Assembly (NCBI GenBank): GCA_048595505.1 | Contig: JBJPGG010000004.1 | Coordinates: 5,683-69,682, forward strand | Direction: 5' to 3' | DNA: 64,000 nt | DNA from: Methylococcaceae bacterium | GTDB taxonomy: Bacteria; Pseudomonadota; Gammaproteobacteria; Methylococcales; Methylomonadaceae | Shown: positions 41,895 through 52,339 of the stretch, piece after piece | Numbering within the stretch: the stretch's first letter is position 1 | Layout of the letters: each line of letters starts with the position of its first letter | Position numbers and translations under genes: made by a program | Notes under the pieces: model-generated | Seen by the model: the letters and a program-made list of their open reading frames with translations, nothing else | Told to the model about the DNA's origin: nothing | Database searches by the model: none

Positions 41895-44800
41895 GTGGAT
41901 TTATCTAAAGCGTTGGGCTTGAACATTTCTGAACAAGATCCCGTTTTATTGCAGCAGAAGTTACATTTATATATTAATCTTAAATTAGCCTCTTGTGGCC
42001 AACCCACTTGTTTAAAGGGAGAGTCGGCTGACTTTTTGGCTACCGCAGATGATATGTTACGCAGCTTTGTGGAAAAAAGCCGTCAGCTTGTTTCCCATCA
42101 TTATCCTGCTGATAGGCGGATACAAGATTTTCTTGATAGTTATCTATCAGACCTAGGTCTTGAGAGTATTCCAACCCTACCCACACTTACATTCGAGTTA
42201 GACAGACATGGCATAGCGCGAGAGTTATCTTTACCTATGGGGGAAGATACTTTTAAGTCTGAATGTGTTTCCAGTTATAAAGTTAAACAAGGTGTGCTAC
42301 ATAACCCAGCGAATGATCGTAGAACTACCAAAGGGTCATTTCATATTGCTGCGGGCGGTTTACCTGTGCCCGGGGATAAAAAAGAAGTACCCAAGCAAAC
42401 CTTTGCAAGTATGTTAAAACATGCCTTGAATCCGCCTAAGGGTTTAACCTTGTTACCTTATACCGCAAATGAAGAAACCCCCGCTTATATGTTTACATCC
42501 TTATTGTTAAGGCCTACGGTATGCCCGGCAATTCCTGGTGTAGCAGAACAAAAAAGTATGGAGATTCGGTTTTTTGCACCAGGTACTTTGGTGAGTAATC
42601 TGGATTTTGTAGAAAGTATTTTTGGTAATGGAGGTAATCCAGCCTTGCCTGAATATGATGCTGGGCTGGATGTTGAGCATTGGACCGGACAAAGCGGTTG
42701 TGTGATTTTGGCCCCTCATTTAGTTAAATTAACTAAGAAAGAATTAGGTTTGCCTCATTGGGATGATGCTACTGAACGACAACGTAAAGATGCTATGTGT
42801 TGGCAGGAGTCAGAAGAGCTATACAATGATGGTCAAGCTTTTAAATTGACTGCCAGGGATGAACGAGGGGTAATTATCACAATGTTAGCGGATAATTACT
42901 TTGGTTATTGTAAAAAAGAAGTTAAAACTCAAATTGGTTACGCCGCCAATCTTTATGGTTTCTCTGAAGAAGAGCATGCCGGCGGAGCATTGGCTTTTCA
43001 TTGTCAAAATCATGGTAATGAATATGGTGCTGGGGGTGCCAGTAGAGAGGCTGGCTATAGTTTTAACGAACTGACCAAGAGCTATGGCGATTTAATGGAT
43101 GTTATGCCAGAAGGCTATGCGGTCGATAAGGAATATCCAGAGATAGTTTACGTGCCACAAGATGTAAAAATGGATGTGCCAACGCAAGCCATTACCTGGA
43201 AAAATGACAAGTTAACCTGGAACAGTGATAAGAAGACTTCTTCTTTACGTTTGCAACCAGGGAAAATATATGTAAAGCCTAATGGTTATAAATTGGAACT
43301 GATTAAGCATCCAGCTGCTCCCTCATGGCGCTTGATCGGTACAGCAGCAGAAGGTACTTTTTGTCATAAACCGAGTACTGTTTCCGGGGGAGGGAAGTCT
43401 GAAATTTCAAAATCAATCAGTGATGCGGTAATATTTAACACATTGTTTGTCAATGATTTGAACGAAGATCTAGACCGGGTGCAAGAGATTTTTGACAGGG
43501 ATTACAGTGACCGTTATAGGAAAAAACTTGATGCAGCAGACTGGGTTTCCAGTCGAGCATTATTAAGTGCTAACAGAAGTTTGGGGTCAGTGATTAAATT
43601 ACTAACACCCTCGACTGGATATACCGATGAATTCAATCAATGGCTGACAGAAATACCGCCTTATATAAGAGCATTGGTATTATTAATTAAACGGTTTTAC
43701 CAGGAAGACTGGGGTGATAGTTGGCGTACATTTTTTTCTGCTGATATTGTAGATGGATCGCCGGGACATGACCTTAAATTTGAAGGTAGACAGATTATTG
43801 CCAGTTTTTTACGTGTTGGTTTTAACGAACAAGGTGGATGGCGTACGTTTAAAGTTCGACAAGATTTTTATGCGGCTGAAAAAATACAAATGGAAGATGA
43901 TATTACCTCATCCGTGGTAGTTCCCGTCTCAATGGTCTCTAAATATATGTCAGACCAAAAGGTTGGGGAAAGTATAAAATTAACCGCCAATTGTGAGTAT
44001 CGTCTGTTTCAGCGCCCTGATGATGCTATTGTTCCTGGTTATGATAAGCAGACTGAACTTAATATGGCAGGCCCCGATAATTTCATTGCAAATTACGAGC
44101 CCTTATTTGCAGATAAACTGTCAGCAATAGTTGAAGATGTTTTAACAATGTCCAAGTTTACTGAACCTATGCATGATTTGTTGGAACAAGCATATAAGGA
44201 CGCTTCTGGAATTGTTGTTTCTTCAGCGCATCCACGAATTGTGGATGGTAAGCCAACTAAAAATCCACGTTATCTAGAGCGGCGTGCTGACGTTATTAAT
44301 CCGGTTCGAAAATATTTAGCGGATTTAGGTGTTCGCTTGCATAGCAGAATACCTTTGGGTGTGGAAGTCGTTCATCCTGTTGATGCTGTGTTGGCCGGTC
44401 GTAGAAACAATCCTCCTGAACCAGGTATACGTGCATTAGCCGTTTATAATCCCATTCATTATCAGCAATTACCTGAGTTATTTATGGATTTTATTTGTTC
44501 TTTAACAGGTAAATCACCATCAACAACGGGAGCCGGGAGTGAAGGTGCGTTAACCAAAGGTCCATTTAATGCATTAAGAGCCACTGCAGATTTGAATAAT
44601 GCATTGGTTTCTTTCATTCTGACAGGCTATGCAGGATTTTCCAGTTCAGCGGGACATATTGGCTCTCATGTCAGAGTTGATCATGATATTAGCTTATTAA
44701 TCCCTGAAATTTGGACCCGTTTAAAAACGCATGAACGCGAGCCAAATTACCTTATAGAACAGGGTTGTTTGGAAGCGCTAGAGGATTTTGAGTATGAAGG

Positions 44801-45380
44801 TCAGATGGTATTAGCCAGTCGTTTGGGTTATCGAATAACTGAGCAGTTTGTACATGAATTTATGGGTAAAATCTTTGACAATCCAAGTTCAGTGTTAACA
44901 GAAGATATTCTTAAGCCAGAAACCCAAAACTTGCATGATTATGTTGATGGTATTCATAATATTGTTGAGACACAGCAAAAAGTGGCGCAACAATATTTGG
45001 ACGATGGCAGTGTCGCAGATGCCTGCCCACCGTTACAGGCTTTGTTACATATCATGGCAACAGGGAATTATCAGGGCAAGGATGTGCATGACCCTGAGAT
45101 TAGAGAGTTATTTAGCAAACAAAGTTTGTTAGCATCAGACTGGTATCTTGAGCGTCTACAAGTTAAACAAAATAGAGATATTGCTTTATGGGTTAGACAT
45201 GTCAAGAGCTTACAAGACTTTTCTGAGTTACCAAATTATGCTGACGAAGTTGAGCGATTGAATATTAAGCAACGCCTAATTAATGCACAAGCTGAATTGG
45301 AAAGAGTAGAAAGTCCTGCTTATCTGGAGCAGATGATAGGTATGATAGGGGCAGACCCAGTCAAGCAGCCAAGACATTAG
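41895..45380 (+). CDS. Large (1161 aa) PEPCK-motif protein; candidate PPi-dependent phosphoenolpyruvate carboxykinase
   Basis: GTG start with AGGAG 7 nt upstream. YFGYCKK (aa 335-341, nt 42897-42917) resembles the PEPCK YGGEMKK motif. The P-loop-like TVSGGGKSEIS (SGGGKS at nt 43383-43400) resembles the PckA kinase-1a motif GLSGTGKTTLS. The roughly 131 kDa size class matches the reported ~130 kDa PPi-PEPCK subunit. Confidence 0.5.
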   Translation: MDLSKALGLNISEQDPVLLQQKLHLYINLKLASCGQPTCLKGESADFLATADDMLRSFVEKSRQLVSHHYPADRRIQDFLDSYLSDLGLESIPTLPTLTFELDRHGIARELSLPMGEDTFKSECVSSYKVKQGVLHNPANDRRTTKGSFHIAAGGLPVPGDKKEVPKQTFASMLKHALNPPKGLTLLPYTANEETPAYMFTSLLLRPTVCPAIPGVAEQKSMEIRFFAPGTLVSNLDFVESIFGNGGNPALPEYDAGLDVEHWTGQSGCVILAPHLVKLTKKELGLPHWDDATERQRKDAMCWQESEELYNDGQAFKLTARDERGVIITMLADNYFGYCKKEVKTQIGYAANLYGFSEEEHAGGALAFHCQNHGNEYGAGGASREAGYSFNELTKSYGDLMDVMPEGYAVDKEYPEIVYVPQDVKMDVPTQAITWKNDKLTWNSDKKTSSLRLQPGKIYVKPNGYKLELIKHPAAPSWRLIGTAAEGTFCHKPSTVSGGGKSEISKSISDAVIFNTLFVNDLNEDLDRVQEIFDRDYSDRYRKKLDAADWVSSRALLSANRSLGSVIKLLTPSTGYTDEFNQWLTEIPPYIRALVLLIKRFYQEDWGDSWRTFFSADIVDGSPGHDLKFEGRQIIASFLRVGFNEQGGWRTFKVRQDFYAAEKIQMEDDITSSVVVPVSMVSKYMSDQKVGESIKLTANCEYRLFQRPDDAIVPGYDKQTELNMAGPDNFIANYEPLFADKLSAIVEDVLTMSKFTEPMHDLLEQAYKDASGIVVSSAHPRIVDGKPTKNPRYLERRADVINPVRKYLADLGVRLHSRIPLGVEVVHPVDAVLAGRRNNPPEPGIRALAVYNPIHYQQLPELFMDFICSLTGKSPSTTGAGSEGALTKGPFNALRATADLNNALVSFILTGYAGFSSSAGHIGSHVRVDHDISLLIPEIWTRLKTHEREPNYLIEQGCLEALEDFEYEGQMVLASRLGYRITEQFVHEFMGKIFDNPSSVLTEDILKPETQNLHDYVDGIHNIVETQQKVAQQYLDDGSVADACPPLQALLHIMATGNYQGKDVHDPEIRELFSKQSLLASDWYLERLQVKQNRDIALWVRHVKSLQDFSELPNYADEVERLNIKQRLINAQAELERVESPAYLEQMIGMIGADPVKQPRH

Positions 45381-45556
45381 AAAATCAATTTTTTGCCGCC
45401 CCGTGCTTCATGCTGATATGGGTTATAAAAACAGTCGATACAACCTGGCAGAAGTACTAGGGAGTGGTGAATGAAAAATGTAGAGTTAATTATTCACTTA
45501 TCTTTGCAGTGCTTCTGGCCTATAATTGACCGATCTAGTGTATGTAAGGTAAGTTT

Positions 45557-48331
45557 GTGACAAAGGTAATTAAAATCCTTTTTTTTTGTTGTGTGATTTT
45601 TCTATTACTCATACCCTTTGGAGATTTTTCTCTCGAGGGTAAGAAACCTCACCCATCAGAACTACCCGAATCGCAGCCCATACAATTAACGGCTGAAGAA
45701 CAAACATGGCTGGAGACGCATCAGCCTATTCGTATTGCATTTGATGGTTTTTTCCCTCCCTATAGTTTTATTGCCGAGTCTGGCCAAATATCGGGTATTT
45801 CATATGATACTATCCAATTAATAAGTCGAAAGCTTAAGATTTATGTCCAAATAGATGACAGAGTTGTGTGGAAAGATATTTATAACGCGACGCTTAATAA
45901 GGAAATTGATGTCATAGCTACTATGGTCAGAAGACCTGAACGCGATTTACAATTCGTTTTTACCAAGCCTTATGTTTTTAAGTCATTGGTTATCATCACT
46001 CATAACAGCAATGCAGAGATAAACGATCGCAGTAATTTGACTGGGAAAACTGTTGTATTGATGAAAAACTATCGATATTCCCAACGTGTTTTAAAAGACT
46101 TTCCCGGTATTACGCCTTATTACGTGGAAGATATGCATGAAGCACTTAATATTATTGAAACTAAACAGGCTGATGCGGCCATTGGTTTTTTTGCTGCCAG
46201 TTATTTTTTACAAAACAAGTATCTATTAAATGATATCAAGTTTGCCGCTTTTTATGACCGTAACAGTGCAAACGAAAGTATTGCTGTGCGCAATGATTGG
46301 CCCATATTGGTTAGTATTTTCCAAAAAGGACTGGATGCAATAACCGAACAAGAAAAACAAATAATAAACAGTAAATGGCACCCGCCTACAGAACTGCCAT
46401 TTGACTATGAAATGATTTTTAAAGTTGTGGCTGTTTTTCTGTTGGTTTTATTTATATTACTGCTATGGATTGGGCAAATAAATCGTCAAAACCGGCGCAT
46501 CAAACTAGCAAAAAAAAAATTACTTAAATCGAACAGAGAGTTAAATGAGTTAAAAAAAAACCTTGAAAATCAGGTGGTAAAACGTACCGAACAATTGCAA
46601 AACAGTGAGCAAAAATACCGTAGTCTGGTTGAGAATTTACATGATGAATATTTTTTTTATCAGCATGACCTGGATGGTACGTTTACCTACTTAAGTCCTT
46701 CAATTACCTCCATCCTGGGCTATAGTGTGGATGATTTTTTACAACACTCTAATACCTATTTAACGGATCACCCTGATAATAGAAAGATAGATATGTATAC
46801 TGCCCGGTGTATCAATGGCGAAAAATTACCCGCTTATGAAGTGGAGTTATTTGATAGTAAAAGCCATAAACGTAGCTTTTCAATACTAGAAACAGCCGTT
46901 TATGATGAGGATGGTGTGTGTGTTGGCGTTGAAGGAATTGCACATGATATTACTTTAATAAAGCAGACTCGGGAGCGGTTGAACTGGTTATCTTATTATG
47001 ATGATTTGACTGGCTTGGCAAATAGACGGCTATTTAAGGACCGATTTGAGCAAGTCATCATTTTATCGCATCGTCATCAGCAAAAACTGGCTTTGTTATT
47101 TTTGGATCTTGACCATTTTAAACAGGTCAATGACAGTTTAGGGCATGCTGTGGGTGATGAGGTTCTTAAAGAAACGGCATCAAGATTACAAGCACAATTG
47201 CGCGATTCTGATATCTCTGCACGAATGGGCGGGGATGAATTTACTCTAATTTTACCAGACACGGATGCTGATGCTGCAGAAATTGTAGCTAAAAAGATCA
47301 GACATAGTTTATCATTGCCTTATTATTCAAATGATCAGCAATTTATACTGGGTGCCAGTATAGGAATTGCTATTTATCCAAAGGATGGAAATGATACCGA
47401 GACCTTGTTGCAACATGCAGATAACGCAATGTATTTTGCCAAAAAGGCGAAAACAGGCTATGCATTTTGTTCATCTGATCAGCAGGAAATAAGCAGTCGA
47501 AGTCATATACTTGAACAGGCTTTGCGTAAAGTGCTTGACCAACAATGTTATGAAGCAGACTTTGAATTATATCTTGTGTTTCAATCTAAATATTGTCTAA
47601 AAAACAATTGTATATTAAGTTATGAAGCGTTAATACGCTGGCATCACCCTGAATTAGGCATGGTTTCTCCCCTTGAATTTATTCCTATTGCGGAAGAAAC
47701 CGGATTAATCCCTGAACTTACTCATTGGGTGATGACCCGAGTTTGTTTGCAGGCGTTACAGTGGTCTGGGAAAGGGTTTGATTTTGGTCGAATCGATGTG
47801 AATATTTCAGCGGTTGAGTTGATTAATTTAGAGTTGGCAAAAAATATTATTGAGCAAATTCGATCTTCTGGAGCATTACTGGAATGGATAGGTATTGAAA
47901 TCACTGAAACTGCGTTAATGAAAGCGCCTAGTGTAGCGGCCAGAGTGTTGCAACAACTAAAGAATGCTGGTGTGTTAATTTCGATTGATGATTTTGGTAC
48001 AGGCTATTCATCATTATCCTATCTTAAAAATTTACCCGTTACATTTATTAAAATAGATCAATCATTTATTCATAATTTGCTGGATAGTCGAGAAGATCAG
48101 GCGGTTGTTCAAGCTGTAGTGTCAATGTCGCATGCATTGGGTAAAAAAGTGGTTGCAGAAGGGGTGGAAACACTGGAGCAAATACAATATTTAATTGAGC
48201 ATGGCTGCGATATTATTCAAGGAAACTGGTTATCCAAGCCTGTTTTAGCAGAAGAGGTTAGTTTAGCTAAGAATGTTGGCTACTTTCCATTAGCAAGCAG
48301 GGTTCAGGCTATTTCAACCCTAAAAGATTAA
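45557..48331 (+). CDS. Membrane sensor with a periplasmic solute-binding domain, PAS, GGDEF and EAL domains (c-di-GMP turnover)
   Basis: 924 aa with a GTG start. In order: signal/TM, an SBP_bac_3-like domain, a second TM, a coiled coil, PAS, GGDEF (RMGGDEFTLIL), and EAL (YEALIRWHHPELG ... DDFGTGYSSLSYL). Confidence 0.9.
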   Translation: MTKVIKILFFCCVIFLLLIPFGDFSLEGKKPHPSELPESQPIQLTAEEQTWLETHQPIRIAFDGFFPPYSFIAESGQISGISYDTIQLISRKLKIYVQIDDRVVWKDIYNATLNKEIDVIATMVRRPERDLQFVFTKPYVFKSLVIITHNSNAEINDRSNLTGKTVVLMKNYRYSQRVLKDFPGITPYYVEDMHEALNIIETKQADAAIGFFAASYFLQNKYLLNDIKFAAFYDRNSANESIAVRNDWPILVSIFQKGLDAITEQEKQIINSKWHPPTELPFDYEMIFKVVAVFLLVLFILLLWIGQINRQNRRIKLAKKKLLKSNRELNELKKNLENQVVKRTEQLQNSEQKYRSLVENLHDEYFFYQHDLDGTFTYLSPSITSILGYSVDDFLQHSNTYLTDHPDNRKIDMYTARCINGEKLPAYEVELFDSKSHKRSFSILETAVYDEDGVCVGVEGIAHDITLIKQTRERLNWLSYYDDLTGLANRRLFKDRFEQVIILSHRHQQKLALLFLDLDHFKQVNDSLGHAVGDEVLKETASRLQAQLRDSDISARMGGDEFTLILPDTDADAAEIVAKKIRHSLSLPYYSNDQQFILGASIGIAIYPKDGNDTETLLQHADNAMYFAKKAKTGYAFCSSDQQEISSRSHILEQALRKVLDQQCYEADFELYLVFQSKYCLKNNCILSYEALIRWHHPELGMVSPLEFIPIAEETGLIPELTHWVMTRVCLQALQWSGKGFDFGRIDVNISAVELINLELAKNIIEQIRSSGALLEWIGIEITETALMKAPSVAARVLQQLKNAGVLISIDDFGTGYSSLSYLKNLPVTFIKIDQSFIHNLLDSREDQAVVQAVVSMSHALGKKVVAEGVETLEQIQYLIEHGCDIIQGNWLSKPVLAEEVSLAKNVGYFPLASRVQAISTLKD

Positions 48332-48484
48332 TGGAATTTATTTTTACCCTCTTTTGAAGATCATTTATAAAAAGTGATAGGCTGTTGTTATATAATGAGC
48401 TATCAGAATGTTTGGTTGAGTCTATGTCTTGAGGAAATATTCTGTCTCTTTCTATTTATTTGACACTATATAATAAAGTTGGCA

Positions 48485-49177
48485 ATGGATCTTCAGCATT
48501 CTTCTGGAAACGACGCTCAAACTCAATTTTCAAGGAAAGAAATGTTAGACATTAGTGATGGCATAAGTAAAAGTTTTGCACCTGTTATTGCTGCTGAGAT
48601 ACTAGAACAAGATGAAGGGATACAGTTAGCTAGTCAAGATCTGCTCGAAGTAAGTCAAAATATTAGTTTGTATTTTGCACCGAGCATGTCATCAAACGCT
48701 AACAAACTTGTTGTATTACCTATCGATCCTCAGCATATTTATGCTTATTGGCATTTGAATGATAATCCCGAAAAATCAATGTCTCAACGTATGTTGAATG
48801 ACGAGTTGACGCTTAGAGTTTATTCACAGCCAGAGCAAAAGAAACAAGCAGTCCACATAAGCCCTCTGGTTGAAATTCCAATCCATGATTTTGATTCACG
48901 ACATAGAATTAGATTGCCAGAAGCAGAAAATGCAACAGCTTACTCTGTCAGCATAGAAGCAGCGGTTAAAAAAAATGACTTTGTTTCATTGATAGACTCC
49001 AATAATACCTATACTTTTCAAGGATCATTGGAGCAGAAAGAACGTCATGAAACTGAAGGTTATTCAGAGCAATATGATGATGTTGAAACTAAATTAATAG
49101 ATAGAGAGGCTTCTCGCAAGGGCTCTTCTTCAGTTTATGCAAGTTTAACGTCTTCTGCTAAAGGGAAGAAAAGATAA
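48485..49177 (+). CDS. DUF4912-like protein (family commonly found next to GH57 genes)
   Basis: The core VVLPIDPQHIYAYWHL is typical of DUF4912 as I recall it. The N-terminus has a duplicated motif (LDISDGISKSFAP / LEVSQNISLYFAP). ATG 48485 is preferred over TTG 48479. The gene ends 5 nt before the GH57 gene. Confidence 0.55.
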   Translation: MDLQHSSGNDAQTQFSRKEMLDISDGISKSFAPVIAAEILEQDEGIQLASQDLLEVSQNISLYFAPSMSSNANKLVVLPIDPQHIYAYWHLNDNPEKSMSQRMLNDELTLRVYSQPEQKKQAVHISPLVEIPIHDFDSRHRIRLPEAENATAYSVSIEAAVKKNDFVSLIDSNNTYTFQGSLEQKERHETEGYSEQYDDVETKLIDREASRKGSSSVYASLTSSAKGKKR

Positions 49178-49182
49178 CAGCG

Positions 49183-50775
49183 ATGAAAAAAGGATTCCTC
49201 AGTATCATACTTCATGCACATTTACCTTATGTGCGACATCCAGAGCATGATAGTTTTTTTGAAGAGATCTGGTTGTTTGAAGCAATGACTGAGTGCTATA
49301 TCCCATTATGTGACGTCTTTGAACGTTTACAAAAAGATGATGTTAATTATCGCTTAACACTGTCCTTATCACCTACGTTAATCTCAATGTTGCGGGATGA
49401 TTTATTACAAACGCGTTACCAAAATCATCTGAACAAACAAATTGAATTGGCTGAAAAGGAAATCATCAGAACTCTTAATCAACCGCCACTGCAAAAATTA
49501 GCACGTTTATATAGGCGTTTTTTTATAAGTACACGTAATACCTATAATAAATATAATTGTGATTTATTAATGGCTTTTAAAAAGTTCCACGCGCAGGGGC
49601 ATCTTGAATTAATTACCACTGCAGCGACCCATGGTTTTTTACCATTACTTAGCATCAGTGAAACGGCTGTCCGCAATCAGATTGAAGTAGCGGTTGAGAT
49701 GTTTGAATCCAATATTGGTTTTGCACCTACTGGTTTTTGGATTCCAGAATGTGCTTATTATCCAGGGTTGGAAGTGATTTTAGGTAATGCGGGTATCAAA
49801 TACTTTTTTACTGATACGCATGGTGTAATGGAAGCAAGTGAGACGCCTGATAATGGGGTGTATGCACCACTAGATTGTGGTAATGGAGTGATGGCTTTTG
49901 CACGTGACCCTAATGTATCTCAGCAGGTTTGGAGTGCCGAACAAGGTTATCCTGGTGATGTAAATTATCGTGAATACTATAGTGATATTGGATTTGATTT
50001 GGATATGGGGTATCTTGCACCTTATATACTGGATGGACAAAACCGTATCAGTACAGGCATTAAGTATCACCGAATTACTGGTGAGGGCTTGAAAAAAGAA
50101 TGTTACCAGCCGAAAAAAGCAAAACTTAAAGTAAAGCAAGATGCTGATGATTTTGTTAGTAAGTGTCAGCAACAAATTGATGACTTGAGTCTTGGTATGG
50201 ACAGGCCACCTGTAATTGTGGCACCTTATGATGCTGAACTGTTTGGACATTGGTGGTTTGAGGGGCCTTGCTGGCTGGAAATGGTGCTAAGAAAAGTCGA
50301 TGAAAGCAACAATATTGAAACAATAAGTTGTGGGGATTATTTAAAAAGACAAGGTTCTCATCAGGTTGCGATACCTGCATCTTCCACCTGGGGGGAAGAT
50401 GGCTATTGCAGTTATTGGGTTAATGAAGAAAATGACTGGATTTATCCTTTTTTGCACAAAGCAGCTGATCAAATGGAACAATTAGTGATCGATTTTAAAG
50501 GGGTAACCGTATCATCGATGCAAAAACGCGCCTTAAATCAGGCAGTAAGGTCTATTTTGTTAGCCCAGGCATCGGATTGGCCATTTATTATGAAGTCGGG
50601 GACTACAACTGACTATGCTAAAAAAACAATAACAGATCAATTGGCAAGGTTTAACTATCTACATGAGAGTATACGTAAGAACAAGATTGATGAACGCTAT
50701 TTGTGTGCATTGGAATTGATGGATAATATTTTTCCTGATGTTGATTTTCGTAAATATAAGTCTATTGAGTTATAG
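49183..50775 (+). CDS. GH57-family 1,4-alpha-glucan branching enzyme
   Basis: 530 aa, collinear with the Thermus GH57 branching enzyme as recalled: LHAHLPYVRH, ELITTAATHGFLPLL, GFWIPECAY, VWSAEQGYPGD, APYDAELFGHWWFEG, LAQASDWPF. Confidence 0.88.
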   Translation: MKKGFLSIILHAHLPYVRHPEHDSFFEEIWLFEAMTECYIPLCDVFERLQKDDVNYRLTLSLSPTLISMLRDDLLQTRYQNHLNKQIELAEKEIIRTLNQPPLQKLARLYRRFFISTRNTYNKYNCDLLMAFKKFHAQGHLELITTAATHGFLPLLSISETAVRNQIEVAVEMFESNIGFAPTGFWIPECAYYPGLEVILGNAGIKYFFTDTHGVMEASETPDNGVYAPLDCGNGVMAFARDPNVSQQVWSAEQGYPGDVNYREYYSDIGFDLDMGYLAPYILDGQNRISTGIKYHRITGEGLKKECYQPKKAKLKVKQDADDFVSKCQQQIDDLSLGMDRPPVIVAPYDAELFGHWWFEGPCWLEMVLRKVDESNNIETISCGDYLKRQGSHQVAIPASSTWGEDGYCSYWVNEENDWIYPFLHKAADQMEQLVIDFKGVTVSSMQKRALNQAVRSILLAQASDWPFIMKSGTTTDYAKKTITDQLARFNYLHESIRKNKIDERYLCALELMDNIFPDVDFRKYKSIEL

Positions 50776-50809
50776 TAAATGAGTGAATATTTAAAACATT
50801 AGGCTAAGC

Positions 50810-52315
50810 ATGGATAAAATCCAATTACTTTATATAGAAAATGTTATCACCAGGAAAAAAAGTCAGGTTCAGCAGCAATTGACTTTTTTTATGCTGGTAG
50901 AAAATATTAGCTATGATAAGCAAGTAGATGTTGTGTGGGCGGGTGAAGATGGTTGTTGGCACACCTTAGCGGTTAAATATCACTGTGTGCAAGGACATGA
51001 TAAGGAATATTGGCGTACACAGGTTGTTATTACGCTGAATGATGAGCAGTCACTTCCAGGCAATATTCAGTTTGGGTTGCGTTTTCGGGTTCATGGTTTT
51101 GAATACTGGGACAATAACAAGGGCCTTAATTATAGTAGTGATGCTGATTCGGGTATTAAGCTGGCAAATAGCCAAGTGATACAAAATATTGGTTTTGAAA
51201 GCTATTTGAATGATGGGCAGAATAACGTTCCTGTCACTGTTGCAGTAGACCAATCTTTTAATGCTGAAACAGTGACTATTCACTGGACGACTGATCGTTG
51301 GAATACCACTCAATATGAACACTGCCAATTAAAAGGAACTTATTGGAATAAAGCTTTGCATAGTAATGCCAGAAACCCAAATCAATATGGAATACAGATA
51401 TGGGAAGGGCGAATTAACAATGGTGATTCGTTTAGGTTGCAATATAGTATCTGTTGTGAAAGCCATGGACAGATAGTATGGGAAAATAATTACGGCAGTA
51501 ATTATTCTTTCCAAAGGGAACAGTTAAAAGTCTTGATTCTTAATTTACATTGTTATCAGGAAGAAAACCAGGATGAAAAGTTTTCAAAAATAGCTGAAGC
51601 GATTGATGATCTGGACGTTGACATTGTTTGTCTGCAGGAAGTGGCTGAGTTGTGGAATGATGGCCATGGTGACTGGGAATCAAATTCAGCGAGAATAATT
51701 AATGAACGCTTAAAGCTACCTTTTCATATTCACACGGACTGGTCGCATTTGGGGTTTGATAAATACAGGGAAGGTGTTGCTATTTTAAGCCGCTATCCTT
51801 TATCTGATCATGACTCCGGGTATGTATCTGATAGTCATGATGCGTTTAGTATACATTCCAGAAAAGTAGTGATGGCTCGCGTTCATGTACCTTATGTTGG
51901 CCCAGTTAATGTATTTTCCGCTCATTTAAGCTGGCTGGAAGATGGTTTTCAGGAACAATTCCAGAGATTGCATGAATGGGCCGAAACGCGTCATAGTGGT
52001 GATGTTAAAGCAACAATGTTATGTGGCGATTTTAATATTACTGCCGGAACAAGTGGTTATGAACTGGTAGTTGATTCAAATGAATACGATGATCAGTATT
52101 TAGCAGCAAATGAGCAGGGTGTATTTGAAAAAATATTTAGAGTCAATGATTCACATTGGCAAAGTTTATTGGCCGATGACTACCGGATAGACTATATTTT
52201 TATGAATAAGACCAGTGAGTTACAGGTCACTTCTGCTAAAGTGGTATTTACAGATCAGGACTATGGACAAGTGTCAGACCACTGCGGTTATTTTATGACA
52301 TTTGAACCAAAATAA
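50810..52315 (+). CDS. Tandem CBM21-like starch/glycogen-binding modules fused to an endonuclease/exonuclease/phosphatase (EEP) domain
   Basis: Two modules, about aa 5-110 and 120-234, end in FEYWDNNKGLNYS and IVWENNYGSNYS, the CBM21 hallmark WDNNxGxNY. The EEP motif series is present: LNLHCYQEE, VCLQEV, CGDFN, RIDYIF, VSDHCGY. Confidence 0.7.
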   Translation: MDKIQLLYIENVITRKKSQVQQQLTFFMLVENISYDKQVDVVWAGEDGCWHTLAVKYHCVQGHDKEYWRTQVVITLNDEQSLPGNIQFGLRFRVHGFEYWDNNKGLNYSSDADSGIKLANSQVIQNIGFESYLNDGQNNVPVTVAVDQSFNAETVTIHWTTDRWNTTQYEHCQLKGTYWNKALHSNARNPNQYGIQIWEGRINNGDSFRLQYSICCESHGQIVWENNYGSNYSFQREQLKVLILNLHCYQEENQDEKFSKIAEAIDDLDVDIVCLQEVAELWNDGHGDWESNSARIINERLKLPFHIHTDWSHLGFDKYREGVAILSRYPLSDHDSGYVSDSHDAFSIHSRKVVMARVHVPYVGPVNVFSAHLSWLEDGFQEQFQRLHEWAETRHSGDVKATMLCGDFNITAGTSGYELVVDSNEYDDQYLAANEQGVFEKIFRVNDSHWQSLLADDYRIDYIFMNKTSELQVTSAKVVFTDQDYGQVSDHCGYFMTFEPK

Positions 52316-52339
52316 TAATACAGAAAGAAGAGGGATGAG

